DNA of 64,000 bases, from assembly GCA_001687465.1 (NCBI GenBank), contig LVLI01000140.1, forward strand, positions 62,001 through 126,000, written 5' to 3'. Shown here piece after piece: positions 13,501-26,085 of the stretch. The notes below the pieces were generated by a model. It was not told the origin of the DNA, did not search any database, and saw only the letters and a list, made by a program, of their open reading frames with translations. The stretch comes from Halocafeteria seosinensis. Lineage: Eukaryota. Numbering within the stretch: position 1 is the stretch's first letter; every line of letters begins with the position of its first letter. The position numbers and the translations under genes are program-made.

Positions 13501-16500
13501 TATTGTATCCATTTCACCTCCGGAGATTCCTACCTCACCTACCGAAAGCTATTACATCTTACTTCACGGATTCAATTTTGGTCCCCCATCTGGTGAATAT
13601 GCGCAACGTGGTCCAGCTGCCTTTGAACCGAAGGTGGAAGTATGGTTTGAAGGCGACGGAATCTTGAACTCGCCCACCCGATGTACACTAGTAGGCTCCA
13701 ACCACAGTGTCATTCAATGCAACCCTCCCATTGGACAAGGCGACTCTTTTTCTGTACAAGCCGTGGTTGATGGTCTGAGCAGCGGTCCATTACAGGATGT
13801 GCTTTCCTATAAAGAGGCAACCGTCTCAGAGCTAAGTCCCAATTCAGGTCCAACGAGTGGCAGGGATAGTAGTGGGAGTCCAATTATTGTCACCCTTCAT
13901 GGTGATAACTTTGGACGGACCGGGAATGTGTCGTTTGGGGAGGAACAACAAGTGCACGTGGTTGAGTATTCACATTCGAAAGTGCGGTTCCTTCTGCCCG
14001 AGGGGTATAGTACGAATCATCATGTCACTGTTTCACCTGCACATTGGAGTGCTGGGAAGGGTAACCGTAACACACTGAAATTCGACTACGATCCCCCAGC
14101 AGTTCATTCTGTCCATCGGCTGCAACCGGGGTGGCGTAGTCGAAAGAACTGCGACCCGTTTCGCCGTTGCCAGAGTTCCGGTAATCGTACAAACTGTATC
14201 CAAGAGTTTCCAGATTGCTTTCCGACGACGGGTCAAGTCCCGATTGAAGTGAACGGAACGAACTTCGGTCCCGTTGGAGCTCCGAAAGAAGTGCATATTG
14301 ACGGACACATATGCTTGTTTGATAAAGACGAGTTCCCTACTCCTGACGCACTAGACCCCCATACTACGTTGGTATGTACGTTATTCGAAGGTGTGGGGAA
14401 GGATTTGCCGGTAACTGTATCGGTTGGATCGCGTACATCGCCCATCGAAGAAGGCCGAATTTTCTCCTTTGATCCTCCTCGGATTGACAATGTTAAACCA
14501 AGTACCCCGGACGCCGAAGGTGCAAGAATCACTTTTGAAGGAGCCAATTTTGGTCCTGGAGGAGGATTTATTGACGTAAGACTTGGGAACGTCACCTGCA
14601 AGAATCCTAAAGTGATTGATCATGGGGAGGCAACATGTGTTAGTCAAACAGATGAAGTCGGTGCTAAGAGTATTGCTCTGTCGGTAGCAGAACGGGAACT
14701 TGTTTTCCCCGAATGGCTAGAAAAGGTAGTGACCGAGTGTAAACGTGGATGGTATGGATTGAGCGGTGAAGAATGCCTGCTATGCGAGAAGGAAGAACCG
14801 GGTGCGGTGTGCCCCGGCGGCGAGCGCTTTGTGGATAAGACCAAATCGCAGGAAGGCTGGTGGAAAACGAATGATACGACTCCGTCTAGCCGTTGTCATG
14901 AGAAGCGTCAAAATCGAGAAAAATGTCCCGTTTTTTTGCCTTGTATTCCAAAGGAGGCTTGCCTGGGTAGTAATCAGTGTGCAGAGGGGTATACAGGTGA
15001 AAGATGTAGTTCTTGCGAAGCTGGGACACATTTTCGGATAAATGGAGTGTGCAAGACGTGTCCTGAAAACGCATGGCTTCTAGGTGTTTTTATGGCGATG
15101 GCTGTCGTCGGAGCTGCAGTTGGTGGGTACATCATTAACTCGAAAGGCATTCGACTTGCAGCCTTTACTATTGGGGTCGACTATTTCCAAGTACTGGCCT
15201 TGTTTGCTCGCACCCGTGTCCAATGGCCATCAACAATGGAAACGACGTTGCAAGCGTTGTCTTTTTTTAATTTGAATCTAGAGCTTGCGGCTCCTGACTG
15301 TTACATGCAACCAGCTCCTCCGTATCAGGTTCGATGGTTAGCAACGATGGGACTACCTCTTGCTGTATTCTCGCTTCTGGCAATGATCTATACCTTCCGC
15401 TACCTTTACAAACTGCTAATCCTAAGAAGCCCTGCTTCCCAGAGACACACACACATAAATGCTTTGATTGCGTCGATAATAATTATTATGTACATTTTAT
15501 ACATATTTTTGACTCGAATGACCTTGGATGTCTTCAACTGTGCTCCAACAGATCCACCTGACGGAAATTTATATATGGCAGGAAGAACGGATATCGTCTG
15601 CTGGGAAAGCCGTGTCCATGTAAAGCTTCTATTTCCCTTGGGAGTGGTTACTCTGCTTTTGTATGTTATTGCGTTCCCAGCGTTTGCGTTCATTCTTCTT
15701 CGCCGAAACAAAGCAGTAGTGAAACATGACCAAATCTTGCGAGCGCATGGCACCGGTCAGTCAAGACATGAGAACCCAAACTATTTCTTTCGGCGACGAT
15801 ACCAGAGATTGTACCACTTGTTTAAACCCGGCAAATGGTACTGGGTCATTATGATATTGTTACGAAAATTCCTAATTGCTTTAACATCCTTGATGTTCCG
15901 TAGCAGTCCCACATACCAATTGTCGATGACCCTGCTTGTAGTCTTTGCCGCGTACGTGTTCCAAGTGCGTCATCAACCCTACATGAGTCGGAGTGATTTT
16001 CAGTCGGTCGTTGATGAACACGCTCGAAAAGTGAAGGAGGGGGATGAATTACACATGTTGATCCAAAAGACAATGGATGAAAACCGGGAACGCAATGCAA
16101 AACGACCCAAGGGTAAATCAACAGGATGGGATGCCCAAAAAGACAAGCTAATACGAGAAAAATCGCAATACTTGGTTTCCGAACCCATGATTCGGTATTT
16201 GACAGATTTCAATACTGTTGAAGCTGTTTTGTTAGGCTGCGCTATACTGATCAACTTGTCGGGTATTATGTTCTTATCCTCTCGCTTCTCTGGGGAATCT
16301 TTGGAATATTATCGTGCAGAATATGAAGCTCTAGGTGTTTGCGCAATGGTGATTGTCGTATTGAGTGCTGCTTACTTCCTATTCGTCTTTGGGTACGAAC
16401 TTCTGTCAACTTTCTATCCTGAGATGGCCATGAGGTGTCTTTCAGCGTGTTCATGTGGTAAGAGCAAGAAAGTAGATGCCTTCAATCTGGGACGGAGTAG

Positions 16501-16852
16501 TTCTTCGATGAAAGTAGACGATACTCCCATGCAAACCTTAATGAACCCGCTTGCCACTCGGGCGGAAGTTACGGAAGAGGGCAAACAGCCTAGGGTTGAA
16601 AACGCTGATGATCTGAAGCAGCAGCTAGATGAGGCCCGTCAAGAAATACGATTCTTGAAGAGACAAGGAGCGAGCACTCAAGGGATAGATTCGTCTGTCG
16701 GGAATCCTTTGCGTAGAGGAAGGATTCGGCAGGAATTTTCTCCATATATGTCTCGCCAACCAACCCCTGTTGGAAGAGGTCGTGCACGTGATGGGCATCA
16801 ACAGCAAGAGTCATCTGCTGCAAAACCTGCCACCGTCAGAGAAGCGTCGTAA
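4578..16852 (+). CDS. Giant (~4,068 aa) cell-surface protein: signal peptide, Cys-rich GCC2/GCC3-like repeats, fibrinogen-like module, ~9-10 cadherin-like repeats, ~14 IPT/TIG repeats, Cys-rich linker, ~9-TM domain, coiled-coil tail
   Basis: Exon 1 (4578-4757) encodes MMSVVSTNQLRIVSVLCSLIVVWNG, a hydrophobic leader. Intron 4758-4825 (gtaagt..ttttcag) is followed by one 12-kb open exon. Motifs: CxxCPxGxF repeats; SCLEV..DGTYKIDP; DPDGD/LDYE/DxxEPP/NxxPxF cadherin motifs; GxNFG TIG motifs; VDYFQ..WP followed by hydrophobic helices. Confidence 0.9.
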
Positions 16853-17529
16853 TTTGTTTGTGTAGCGATAGATGTATAGATAAGCACATACACATGCCTC
16901 ATGTCTGGAACTAATTCCAGCTACGGCCAAACTTCTGGCACTAGCTTCTATGTGTTGAGTACCGTCATGGAGAGAAAACCAGGAAGATCCAGGATGTATT
17001 GATTACTATAACCCCTTTGAGAAGCAAAGAAGCTTGGTTAAGTACTTGCATGACGAAAATATTTACCGTCGAAAGCGAGCCTTCAACAAAACTTATCGAC
17101 AGCACGTGGAACTACTTGCAGCTGGAACAGCGTGAGTCTAAGTCTAGGGTGATTGACATTGAGACTTCACGCTAAACAAGCATGAAGACGACATGCACAG
17201 ATAATAAACTTTGTCGACACACAAGGCCGCATGAATGTTAGCCGGCGGTCCAGGCGGTCGTTGGAAGCGGTCGCAAATATGTGCTCTTCAAAATTCCCAA
17301 CAATGTTTTTCCAATGACCACAAATTTCAGTATCCAAAAGATGACGAAGGTCTTGCGGAAGTCACAACGAGTACATCGACTTCAACTCAAATTCGGATAC
17401 ACTTACACCAAGCAGCTCGTCCATATTACTAGCGCCCAACAGACAATAACCCTTAAACGATGGCAACCGATAGTATCCTCCTTCTCGGTATTTTTTGAGC
17501 TCGGACTTGCAACTTCGGTTAGGAAAGGT

Positions 17530-17556
17530 ACACACACACACACACACACACACACA
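17530..17556. repeat. (CA)13 microsatellite
   Basis: Direct observation. Confidence 0.95.
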
Positions 17557-17730
17557 ACTAGGTTTCAATCAAGAGGATACATGTACGAGCACTGGTCATT
17601 AAAGGTTGGATATCATATCGCATAAAGGGTATATGATCGACAGTTATCATGCGATTACTTGGCTATGGAGGAGCAAGGTCAAATTCGTTGAGCGGCCAAG
17701 GGATGGAGCAAGTAGTAACGTAAGTTCCGT

Positions 17731-19200
17731 TCACTTTGAGCGCTTACGCTTTCGCGGAGAATTTCTTCTTCGGGAGCTACTTGCGCTGTTTTCATCTCTG
17801 TCCGAATCCTCGTCGGATGGCTCGGAATCTTCGCACGCCAACAGTCGAGGGCTCACTGGAGAAATCCGAACTGTGGTGCCCCTGGAATTCAAAACGCTGC
17901 GACAGTATTGGACATTCAACAGGACAGGAACACACATATCCTCAGTGAAACCAATATAGGGTGTTTTGGACATTTAAAACTTACAAGCGAGCATCTTGTT
18001 CGTTCGGGCTTGATGCAACATCTGCATTCGAGGATCGTAGCTATATACCATCAGCTCCTGTTCGAGAGCATCGCAATACGCAGCGCAAAGATATAAAGTC
18101 AAACCCAGTTCATACGTCAGGTATCCACCTAGTTTTGTATCATCTACCAGATTTCCCGTTCTTTCAAGGGACACTGGCGGATTTTCGAGAGGTCAACAAT
18201 AGGTTTGTCCCGACAACTATAACGTTCATAGTGCGTGCATCGATCCATATACTTTGGCAACTTCATTCAAAAGGACCAGGAGGGAAGGGGTCCCCATTTT
18301 CCTGAGAGAACAGAGCAATACGAGTGCACCAAGGATCACGATTCGTATTCTAAAACGAAATCAAGGATGAACCCTTAGACTTTAGTAGCAACAAGAGAGG
18401 ACAATGGTGAAAATTAGAAGAACTTCAGTACCCACTGAGTCTGAAAAGGTTTTTCAAATGTTCAATCTAACCTCGGATACTCATACGCAATGAGGGAATC
18501 CTCTTGCGTGTGACCTGAATCAATCCAATTCAATGAGTGAATGCTTGGTACCATACATACCAGAGGCGAAGTGCACACTAGAGATACACACTGCAGATTC
18601 GAGAGGTACGACAATCCAAATCCACTTTTGGAATCTGCCCAACGCAAGATTGAGCATGCACTTCCCAACTTAGCCGTAGAATATAAATGATACGGAAAAA
18701 AGCAATGTGTGCATTGGAATGGGAAGTACACCGATTTGACTTCATGACTATTCATTCGCAGTATTGTGAAGTCCTCAAAGCGGCGACGTAGTCAACCACA
18801 TACTTGTTAGCCCGTGTCGGTTCATCAATCGATTTTCCAATAGCTTGGCAATCTTTCCCATCTTTCAACGCTTATCATCATCGTAGATGTCTACACCATG
18901 GGATGTAGTCCCAATCCGTCCGTTGTTCTTACCTGGCTCAGATTCGAATACTACCAGGTCGTCGTCGCAAGAAAACTCTTGGTGCCGGTCCACCTTGTTT
19001 CTTCCTCGTCTTTGCTACCTGGTAGTAACTTTGCACCGGTAGCTCACCTTCACGAGTGTTAACCGTGTAGTTGTACGCATATGTAGACTCTCAAATGCAA
19101 TCCTTCGTAAAGACGTTCATTGAATCCTGCAAATGGGGCAATAACGTTCCACAAGAGTATTTCTTTAGACGTTGAAAGTCCTACGGATTCGACTTGGATC
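17731..19200 (-). pseudogene. Probable degenerate coding sequence of unknown family
   Basis: Protein-like segments in one frame separated by stops (LGGYLTYELGLTLYLCAAYCDALEQELMVYSYD...KF*MSKTPY...SRRRNSPRKRKRSK), with further broken fragments upstream. No recognisable domain. Confidence 0.3.
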
Positions 19201-19406
19201 TTCCAACCGAGGGGTACCGCTAGACTGGAGAAAAAAAAGGGAAAAAATCTGGTTTATTATATTATTGATTTACTCGGTGCTCTACCGCTCTAGGACTGGG
19301 TGCGGTGAATCATCAAACTTGAGGTATGCAACCAGATTTTTCGGTCGTTTCGGCGGGGTGGAAATCAATTGAGACTGGGACACTTCAGACATCTACTCAG
19401 GCACAC

Positions 19407-20615
19407 TTAAAGCAAAGTGCAGAGTGTTTTCTTCTTCTTGCCACCTGTGCGCTGCTTACTTGGGGTCAATTTAAACGCCTGTTGTGAAGCCTTCGGTTTT
19501 GGGGGTGGGAGCTTTCTCTTGATGTTTTCATCTATATCTTGATCTTGACTATTTTGATTCACCGGTTTTCTCTGGTGTTCCCTTGGTTTTTCTTCAGCTT
19601 TACTGTTTTCTGTCTTTTCCTCATCTAAATGAACATTACGTTCCGGAGAAACATCTTGCACAGGGGATGGCTCTTCTTCTCCGTGCTTATTTTCTTGAGC
19701 AAATCTATCTGCCTTGTTCGGAGTATGGGATTGCTCGTCGTGTCCAACTTCTTCTATTTTTTCTTCTTCCTTGGAGGTTTCAGGTTCGCCTATCACTGGC
19801 TGATTATGTTGACCTGTACGACTATAGATAACAGAGGCAATTCCACCCTATAAAACAGGGGGCTGTGTCCTGAGTGAGGCAACGCACCAATTACATCCAC
19901 CGCAGGTTCCCCTAGTTCGCCTTGATCTTGTAGCTCAATGTATTTAGCGGTAAGGTACTCGAAGACTTCTTTGACGTTGACATTGTCTTTAACGCTCGTC
20001 CGATACAGCCTTAGTCCGTATTCCTTTGCTAATGCCTCCACTTCATCCCTGTACAGATAGACACACACGCACACAAAACCCCAAAATGTAAACTTACTCC
20101 TAAAAATACCCTGGCCAGTGGAAGCCAGCACTTACGGTGAAACCGAACTACTATCTATGAGATCACATTTGTTTTCCACGAGAGCCATGGGAACTTTCCC
20201 ACATTCCGTTTGAGCTTTGGATAGCCATCTTGGGATGTGATTGAATGATTCTCGGTCAATTGTAGAGAATACGAGAACCACAGCGCCAGCTCCTCTGTAA
20301 TAGCCTTTCGTCAAAGAATCAAACTCTTCCTGCCCGGCTGTATCCCATATCATGAGCTTTACTTCCTCTCCAATGTCCTCCAGCTCTATCTGCTTCTCCA
20401 TAAAGTCGACACCTATGGTCTTCTTGTAGGTATCCGTGTATACACCTCGACAATATCTCTGCGTCATGGAGGACTTCCCCACGCGTCCGTCTCCAATGAC
20501 AATGACTTTAACCACGGCTGTACTCGCATATACATAGTGATGAAACTAAAGGCAAACATAGCAGGGCAGAAAGAGAGCGCAACATACTCTCGAAATCATC
20601 TATTTCATCCTCCAT
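19407..20615 (-). CDS. RAB23: Rab23 small GTPase, 4 exons, long hypervariable tail, CaaX end (CTLL)
   Basis: MEDEIDDFE|TVVKVIVIGDGRVGKSSMTQRYCRG..YKKTIGVDFME, WDTAGQEEFD, VENKCDL, LYRTSVKDNVNVKEVFEYL. Matches the Rab23 signature (QRYCxG, YKKTIGVDF, RTSVK). Confidence 0.92.
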
Positions 20616-21034
20616 TTTTTGTATAATTGAGTTAATTCAGATCCCCCATGAGCCATGCATGCATGCACACAACACAAATGACCCCTATTGGTCTCCAGCA
20701 GGCATGGGGCACACTTTCTTCCCCTATATATACAATTGTCAATATCATGTGGAGTAGCACGACTAGTGAAGGATATACAGGTATGAACACGGGGGTCATG
20801 GCGGCCGTTAGAATCCTGCTGGGTATTGGATAGGTAGGTAATACTACTAGGTATGTATGACAGGGTGTCAAAATGCATCAAATATGTTACTTTACTTTTG
20901 TTTTGTGCGTGGAATGTCTATAGAATCCATGGTATGGGTGAGTTGCATCATATCCCACATCTCACACGACGTTGTACTGCTTCGAACCGTCTGATTCATA
21001 CAATTTTGTACTGTAATTACTTGATCGTGCAGGC

Positions 21035-21255
21035 GTAGGGCCTAGGCGCAGTGCTACCATGTACTCGGCGTCGGTTCGTGTAAATCCTTTCCTTGGTGCT
21101 GCGTATAGCCATGCTGCTGCTCTGTCCGCTTGGCATGCTGTTAGTAACGCTTTCAGTCCGTGTAGCTACTCTCTGCAACATCTTGCCCAGGTGTTTTTGT
21201 AACTTCGGCAAACGTTGAGCACCAATCTTTGATAGCTGTTTCATGCATTGCAAAA
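21035..21255 (-). mobile_element. Relic of a CRE-like non-LTR retrotransposon ORF (post-RT region)
   Basis: PKLQKHLGKMLQ, then after a frameshift LKALLTACQADRAAAWLYAAPRKGFTRTDAEYMVALRLG. Resembles the 'LLSxxxxxAGAWLxAxP...ALRLG' motif that lies between RT and the CCHC/REL domain of CRE-clade elements. Confidence 0.5.
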
Positions 21256-21433
21256 CAGGGCATGGCTAACATTGAATTCCATCTTTGCCTGTTCTCTTCA
21301 CCAGGTTCACTGCATCTGCGTACTCACCAGAGGAAGAAGGTCCATTTTCGCGGAATAATACGTCGGAATGGAACATATCGCCGGAGTTTTCAGGAAGATG
21401 CTGCCCAATTTAACATCAGCGTCCAAATCAGGA

Positions 21434-22330
21434 TTAACCGGAAAAGTGATAGATTTGTGACACTGCTCGATTGTTTGTCGAGTGGAAACAGGATCGTGAT
21501 AAGTACTGGCCATAGTGATCCCTCGTCCCGACAGATTCCTGGCCGGTCGCCGTTCCATAAAACGGGTCACTCTGCACTGATTGCTCATCTAGATACAGTC
21601 GAATTCGGGTTTCCGACGCCCAATGCCGAGGTGTTTTACCATCTTGTAACCCATGCATAGGTGAAGTGTATGAGAATCGAATGGCAGTCGGATCCAACAT
21701 ACTTTGTCTGTAAGGTTGAGTGCAGCTCCAAAGTCGTGCACGAGCAATGAAACCATGAGCCAATGGCCATTATAAGCGACATAATGCAGTGGAGTCAATA
21801 AAGTCTGCCTCATGAGTAGCCGACAAGTTGGCAACTATCTCACATGCGGTAACAATCACTCCGTTCAACAGCACGTACGTCGAGTTCCTGAGAGTGAACA
21901 TCGGCATTATACTGCTCGATAAGAAGCCTGACGACTTCGCGTCTTCCAAGGTTGGTAGCTATGTGTAAAGGAGTGGATCGCCTCTGTAAGAAATCCTCAA
22001 GTGTACAAAATGACGTTACAGTGTAGTATTCCAGTCATGGAGCCTTCTTACACAACAAAGATCGAGGGTTGGCTGGGAGCAACAAACCTCTAGATATGTC
22101 TTCTTTGGGGAATTTCCGGGATCGGTGACGGACCAAAAAAAAAAACCGGAAGCGTCCGCAGGAAGCAGTATCCAGATCTCATACAAATAGGCACAGGCAC
22201 TACGTTTTTGACTCGAATGGAACAATGCGGGCAGAAAACATGCTCTATTACGATGGGTGTGACAGTATTGATCATTAAACATCCTATGCCTACACCAGCC
22301 ATTAAGCCTCGTAACAGCCCTCGTTTAACC
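21434..22330 (-). pseudogene. Decayed ankyrin-repeat gene
   Basis: Exons RSTPLHIATNLGRREVVRLLIEQYNADV, TLLTPLHYVAYNGHWLMVSLLVHDFGAALNLTDK and DGKTPRHWAS. The third acceptor reads ttacaa instead of ..ag in the required phase, and the upstream region has stops. Confidence 0.6.
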
Positions 22331-22404
22331 ACACTGAAACTGGCTTGGGCTCCAGATATTGAAAAACAATGTCAACCCTTCTAAAATACAGGCAACACAG
22401 TCGA

Positions 22405-24204
22405 TTATTTTGCTCCAGTGCCTGTGTCAACTGCTCCAGTCCCGAGAGTGGTGCTGAGACCCGTTCCTCCTGTCTGTGCTCCACTGTTTTCCCGTTCTTG
22501 AGCCTCGCGCAACCGTTCTTTATGAGGTATCAGATATGCCAAGACTACTGACATATTATCTGCACTGTTTCCGAAATTAACTCTCGCGCGTTCAAGATTA
22601 GCTTGCATAAGATCTACGCAACATGCTTGGGCTGTTTCATGTCGTAGAGCAAAGTCTACTCGTCCCGGATGAAGGGTAAATTGAGAAACGTCTTCAAATT
22701 TCCAGTTATCCCATACACCATCCGAGCATAGGGCTAACACAATAGGGCCTGCCGGTGGAGACGAACTGAATTCCCCATCAAAGAGATCTAGCCAACGTAC
22801 TTCAGGTTCACATCTGCGTGTTCAGCAAGCACGTAAGCACATTACACTTGTTAATGAAGCAGCTCGGCCATTACTTACGATACACCGTAAACCTGGAGAT
22901 GCAGGTCACCAAGAGAGCGTGTGAACGCTAAGGCATCTTGGAAGGATGCATTTGGAGGAGTTGCAACCAAGGTTGCCCATTCGTTTCTAACATTCTTATA
23001 ATAGGATCCTCGCCCCGTCTTTCTTAGAGTCGAGGAACCGTCGGTGCCTTCAAAACGCTCATATATTGAGGGAGATCTCAGCTTGGATGCCGACAGCGAA
23101 TCGTAAACGAAAGACAGTTCTGGTATATTCGGACGACTCGGATGAGGACGAAATTGTTGAATCCGATAAAACTCGTCTACATTCTCCGGTGAGTGATCGG
23201 CTGATACTTCAATATACTGATTTGGTTGACTGTTGTTGAGCTCATATTGAGCACTATCCATGTTAACATTGTGCCGCGAAGGAGTATTTACGACGAGGCA
23301 GCCTCGGATTCTTCTGTTCAAATGTGGTAGAGATGGCCACTCCGACATGCTCCTCATTTTGTGGGCCGGTCGCCCTCCGCATAATATTCCCGTAGAGTCA
23401 CCTACATTACTCACCACAGCCCATCGCCCATCCAGGACCGCTATAACTGTCGCAGTAGTACCTCCATGTACGCATAAAACTGTTGCGTCGCGAGATCTTT
23501 GTCGAGTAAGAAATCCTTCAGCTGATCGCGACACTATCCAGCCGTTATTTTGATAAAACCGTCTAAAAGCCTGCACAAATTCAAAAGGGCAATGTGATTA
23601 CATCCCCGAAGGGGAAGCGAAATTTAAATCGCCGCACCTCTTCAATGGATTGGTGTGCATACTGGAATGCATCAGCAAATGTACGTTGCGGACTCTGGCG
23701 TAACGCCTCAAGCTTCTCTCCATTACACAAATAATCTGTCAATGACTGCTTCGCTACTTGGGCTGCTAGCGTTCCCAGTTCTTTGCCGTGTCCGTCAAAC
23801 ACTCCCAATATGAAGGAGCACCCATCGTTTGCATCCCAAACGAAATAATCATCTTGGTTGGTTTTCCCGGGTACACCTGTCACGACAGTACTACGTGGAA
23901 TCAACCGAGGAATGTAAAATGAGTACTGTATACTGTATCTTACCTGGATCCGTCAGACCACCAAGCCGGATTTGCCATAGATATTCAAGACTCCCCGTGC
24001 TCGTCTGAGTTTCAGGTGACGCTGCCGTTCCCATTGGACGATCTGCACCAACTCGTCCGAGGAATACTCCGTCATGTTCGTGTGACAGGAGAGTGCATCA
24101 ATATCCCGACTGCACTTACCATCTACATCCGGGTTATCCGAAGCTGCTGTGAGCTGTCGCATAAGGCCCGGATTATGTCCTTCTGTCTCTCCCGTTGAAG
24201 TCAT
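22405..24204 (-). CDS. PP2C/PPM-family Ser/Thr protein phosphatase, multi-exon
   Basis: GLTDPG|VPGKTNQDDYF, VFDGHG, GGTTA, NVGDS, DHSP, LAFTRSLGD, LCSDGVWD, SADNMSVV. Canonical introns; the start may instead be at 24291. Confidence 0.9.
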
Positions 24205-25250
24205 AGTCTTGACACCCGTTGTAACTGGTATCCTAGTACACACTATTCGCTTTCGCTTGTTTTCTGGGACTGCAAAAGGGAGGCATGCCATAAAGATACG
24301 GACTAAGAGCCAGTTCGAGGAGTCTTAAACTTGATTCCAGAGGATATTCAATCAAGTTTCCACACTACAAACACATTTTAACTGACGCTAAAAAGACATT
24401 GGTCCCACAGTATGGCCTCTGGAAAGGCCTGAGCCCACTGTATAACCACAGAACTTGAAGCAAGCGCCGTAATCCTCCGGGGTTGCCCCTTTTGGATACT
24501 ATTTTCGTGCCGTGGACTCCCACTCCGGGAGCACATACACATTCTCCACTACTGTCTGACCGCGCATCCGCAGCAACAGTCCTCATACAAGTCGTGAAGA
24601 GAGCGTATACAGCACGAGTTGAACTATCCCACCAAAAGACAGTGCCTTTCCCCTTACCTTTCAAAGTTTGGTAGAGACGCTAGTTCATTTTTTTTTTTCC
24701 AGTCGACATAGATGCATCAGACACCTCGATACTCCACCATGGGAGATAGACTGTACTCGCGTCGTGGTTTATCAACCCTCGACATGCTGTGTACTGAGTA
24801 CGCATACTGACCGTTGTGACGCAACTCAAGTTGTGAAGAGCCTTCACGGTTACAAGGTACTTTACTTCCGGATACAACAGGACGAGAAAGAGAGGAATTC
24901 GGGATGACAATAGTATTGAATATTGAGAGGTAAATGAACTATTGGGTACCCATTGGAACTGATACTTACACAGAGTTATGGGGAAAGTTACGTCCGTTTT
25001 GGGCAGGTACTGCGAATGAGCAATTGCCAGGAACCTCCCAAACAGCGTATCACTGGATAGTCATACAATTTGACTTTTTAATACATATGGATTGATTTGT
25101 AGCCATTCTAGCATTCACTGGCACTATTGTCAGCCAACCGATAGGATAGTCTTCGCTACACATTCATTGCTCATTCGGAGTTGGACTTTCGCCGTGGATC
25201 ATTTCCTATACGAGTTGACTAAGCACGATGGTACCCCTCTGCTACTCAGG

Positions 25251-25856
25251 CTACTGTGCTCCGGAATCGTCACTAAGTTCGTTAACAAGTTCGGTTGCTT
25301 TGGTGTACATCTCACTGCCTTCCAACTCAGACTTGTTCTTTTCCTGCTCATCCCATTCAGTTCTGGTGAAATAAATTTCGTCAGAGGACAAACATAGACA
25401 AACCATTCTTACCAATATCTCTTCAAGTTGTTCAACCGCATTCATTAGACGTTTGGACGTATCGGGTATCATCATCTCCGTTTCTTCCAGGACCTCTTTC
25501 TGCAAACGGTGCAGCGGCAGTAACAACAGTTAATATTAACAATCTGATAGCAGCATGCAATCACACTCGTACTTGTTTCTTTATCTCGCTTTGGTCCCTG
25601 TTTTGGTTTGTCATTTCTTGGACGCGATTTTTGTCCTTGTCTAACTGATCTTTGTATGCGTCCAACTCCTTGCGCAATCTGCGGCAGTTCCAAATTTAAT
25701 GAGAATAATACCATTAACGAGCGAGCGAGACAGAAGAGCTCATGAATTAGCTGTTTTGCTTCAGTATGCCCACGGTAGAGGTGGAGAAAGAGTGTCATAC
25801 CTGCAAACGACATTGTATTTGATGCGCAAGTCTTTTTGTTTGGGGTCTTCCGACAT
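25251..25856 (-). CDS. TBCA: Tubulin-specific chaperone A
   Basis: MSEDPKQKDLRIKYNVVCR|LRKELDAY...IKKQ|KEVLEETEMMIPDTSKRL; 4 exons with GT-AG introns. Confidence 0.9.
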
Positions 25857-26085
25857 GATGATTTCTTCCTCAAGAACAATAATAACACACTGGAGAGCAA
25901 TATAATCTGTCTGTCTGTCTGTGTGGTTTTCTAGCTACCTGATAATCAACTCTCAAGCTCTGTAATACGCTATTTTAAGCGCTTGTTTTTGAATAAAGGA
26001 GTCGTTGAGTCCCATTTGAATTTGAAACTTCAACATTGGGGCAACGAGTGGACCATTCTCTTGTATACTGTAGGGTTTGAATGCA

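Noticed and set aside
23944..24291. Apparent premature TGA in the PP2C 5' region
   Set aside because: A canonical intron (gtaagt..gtgcag) shifts the frame and gives an open IRLGGLTDPG.
24365..24910. Minus-strand ORFs with a CVCAPG-like word
   Set aside because: Too short and discontinuous to assign.
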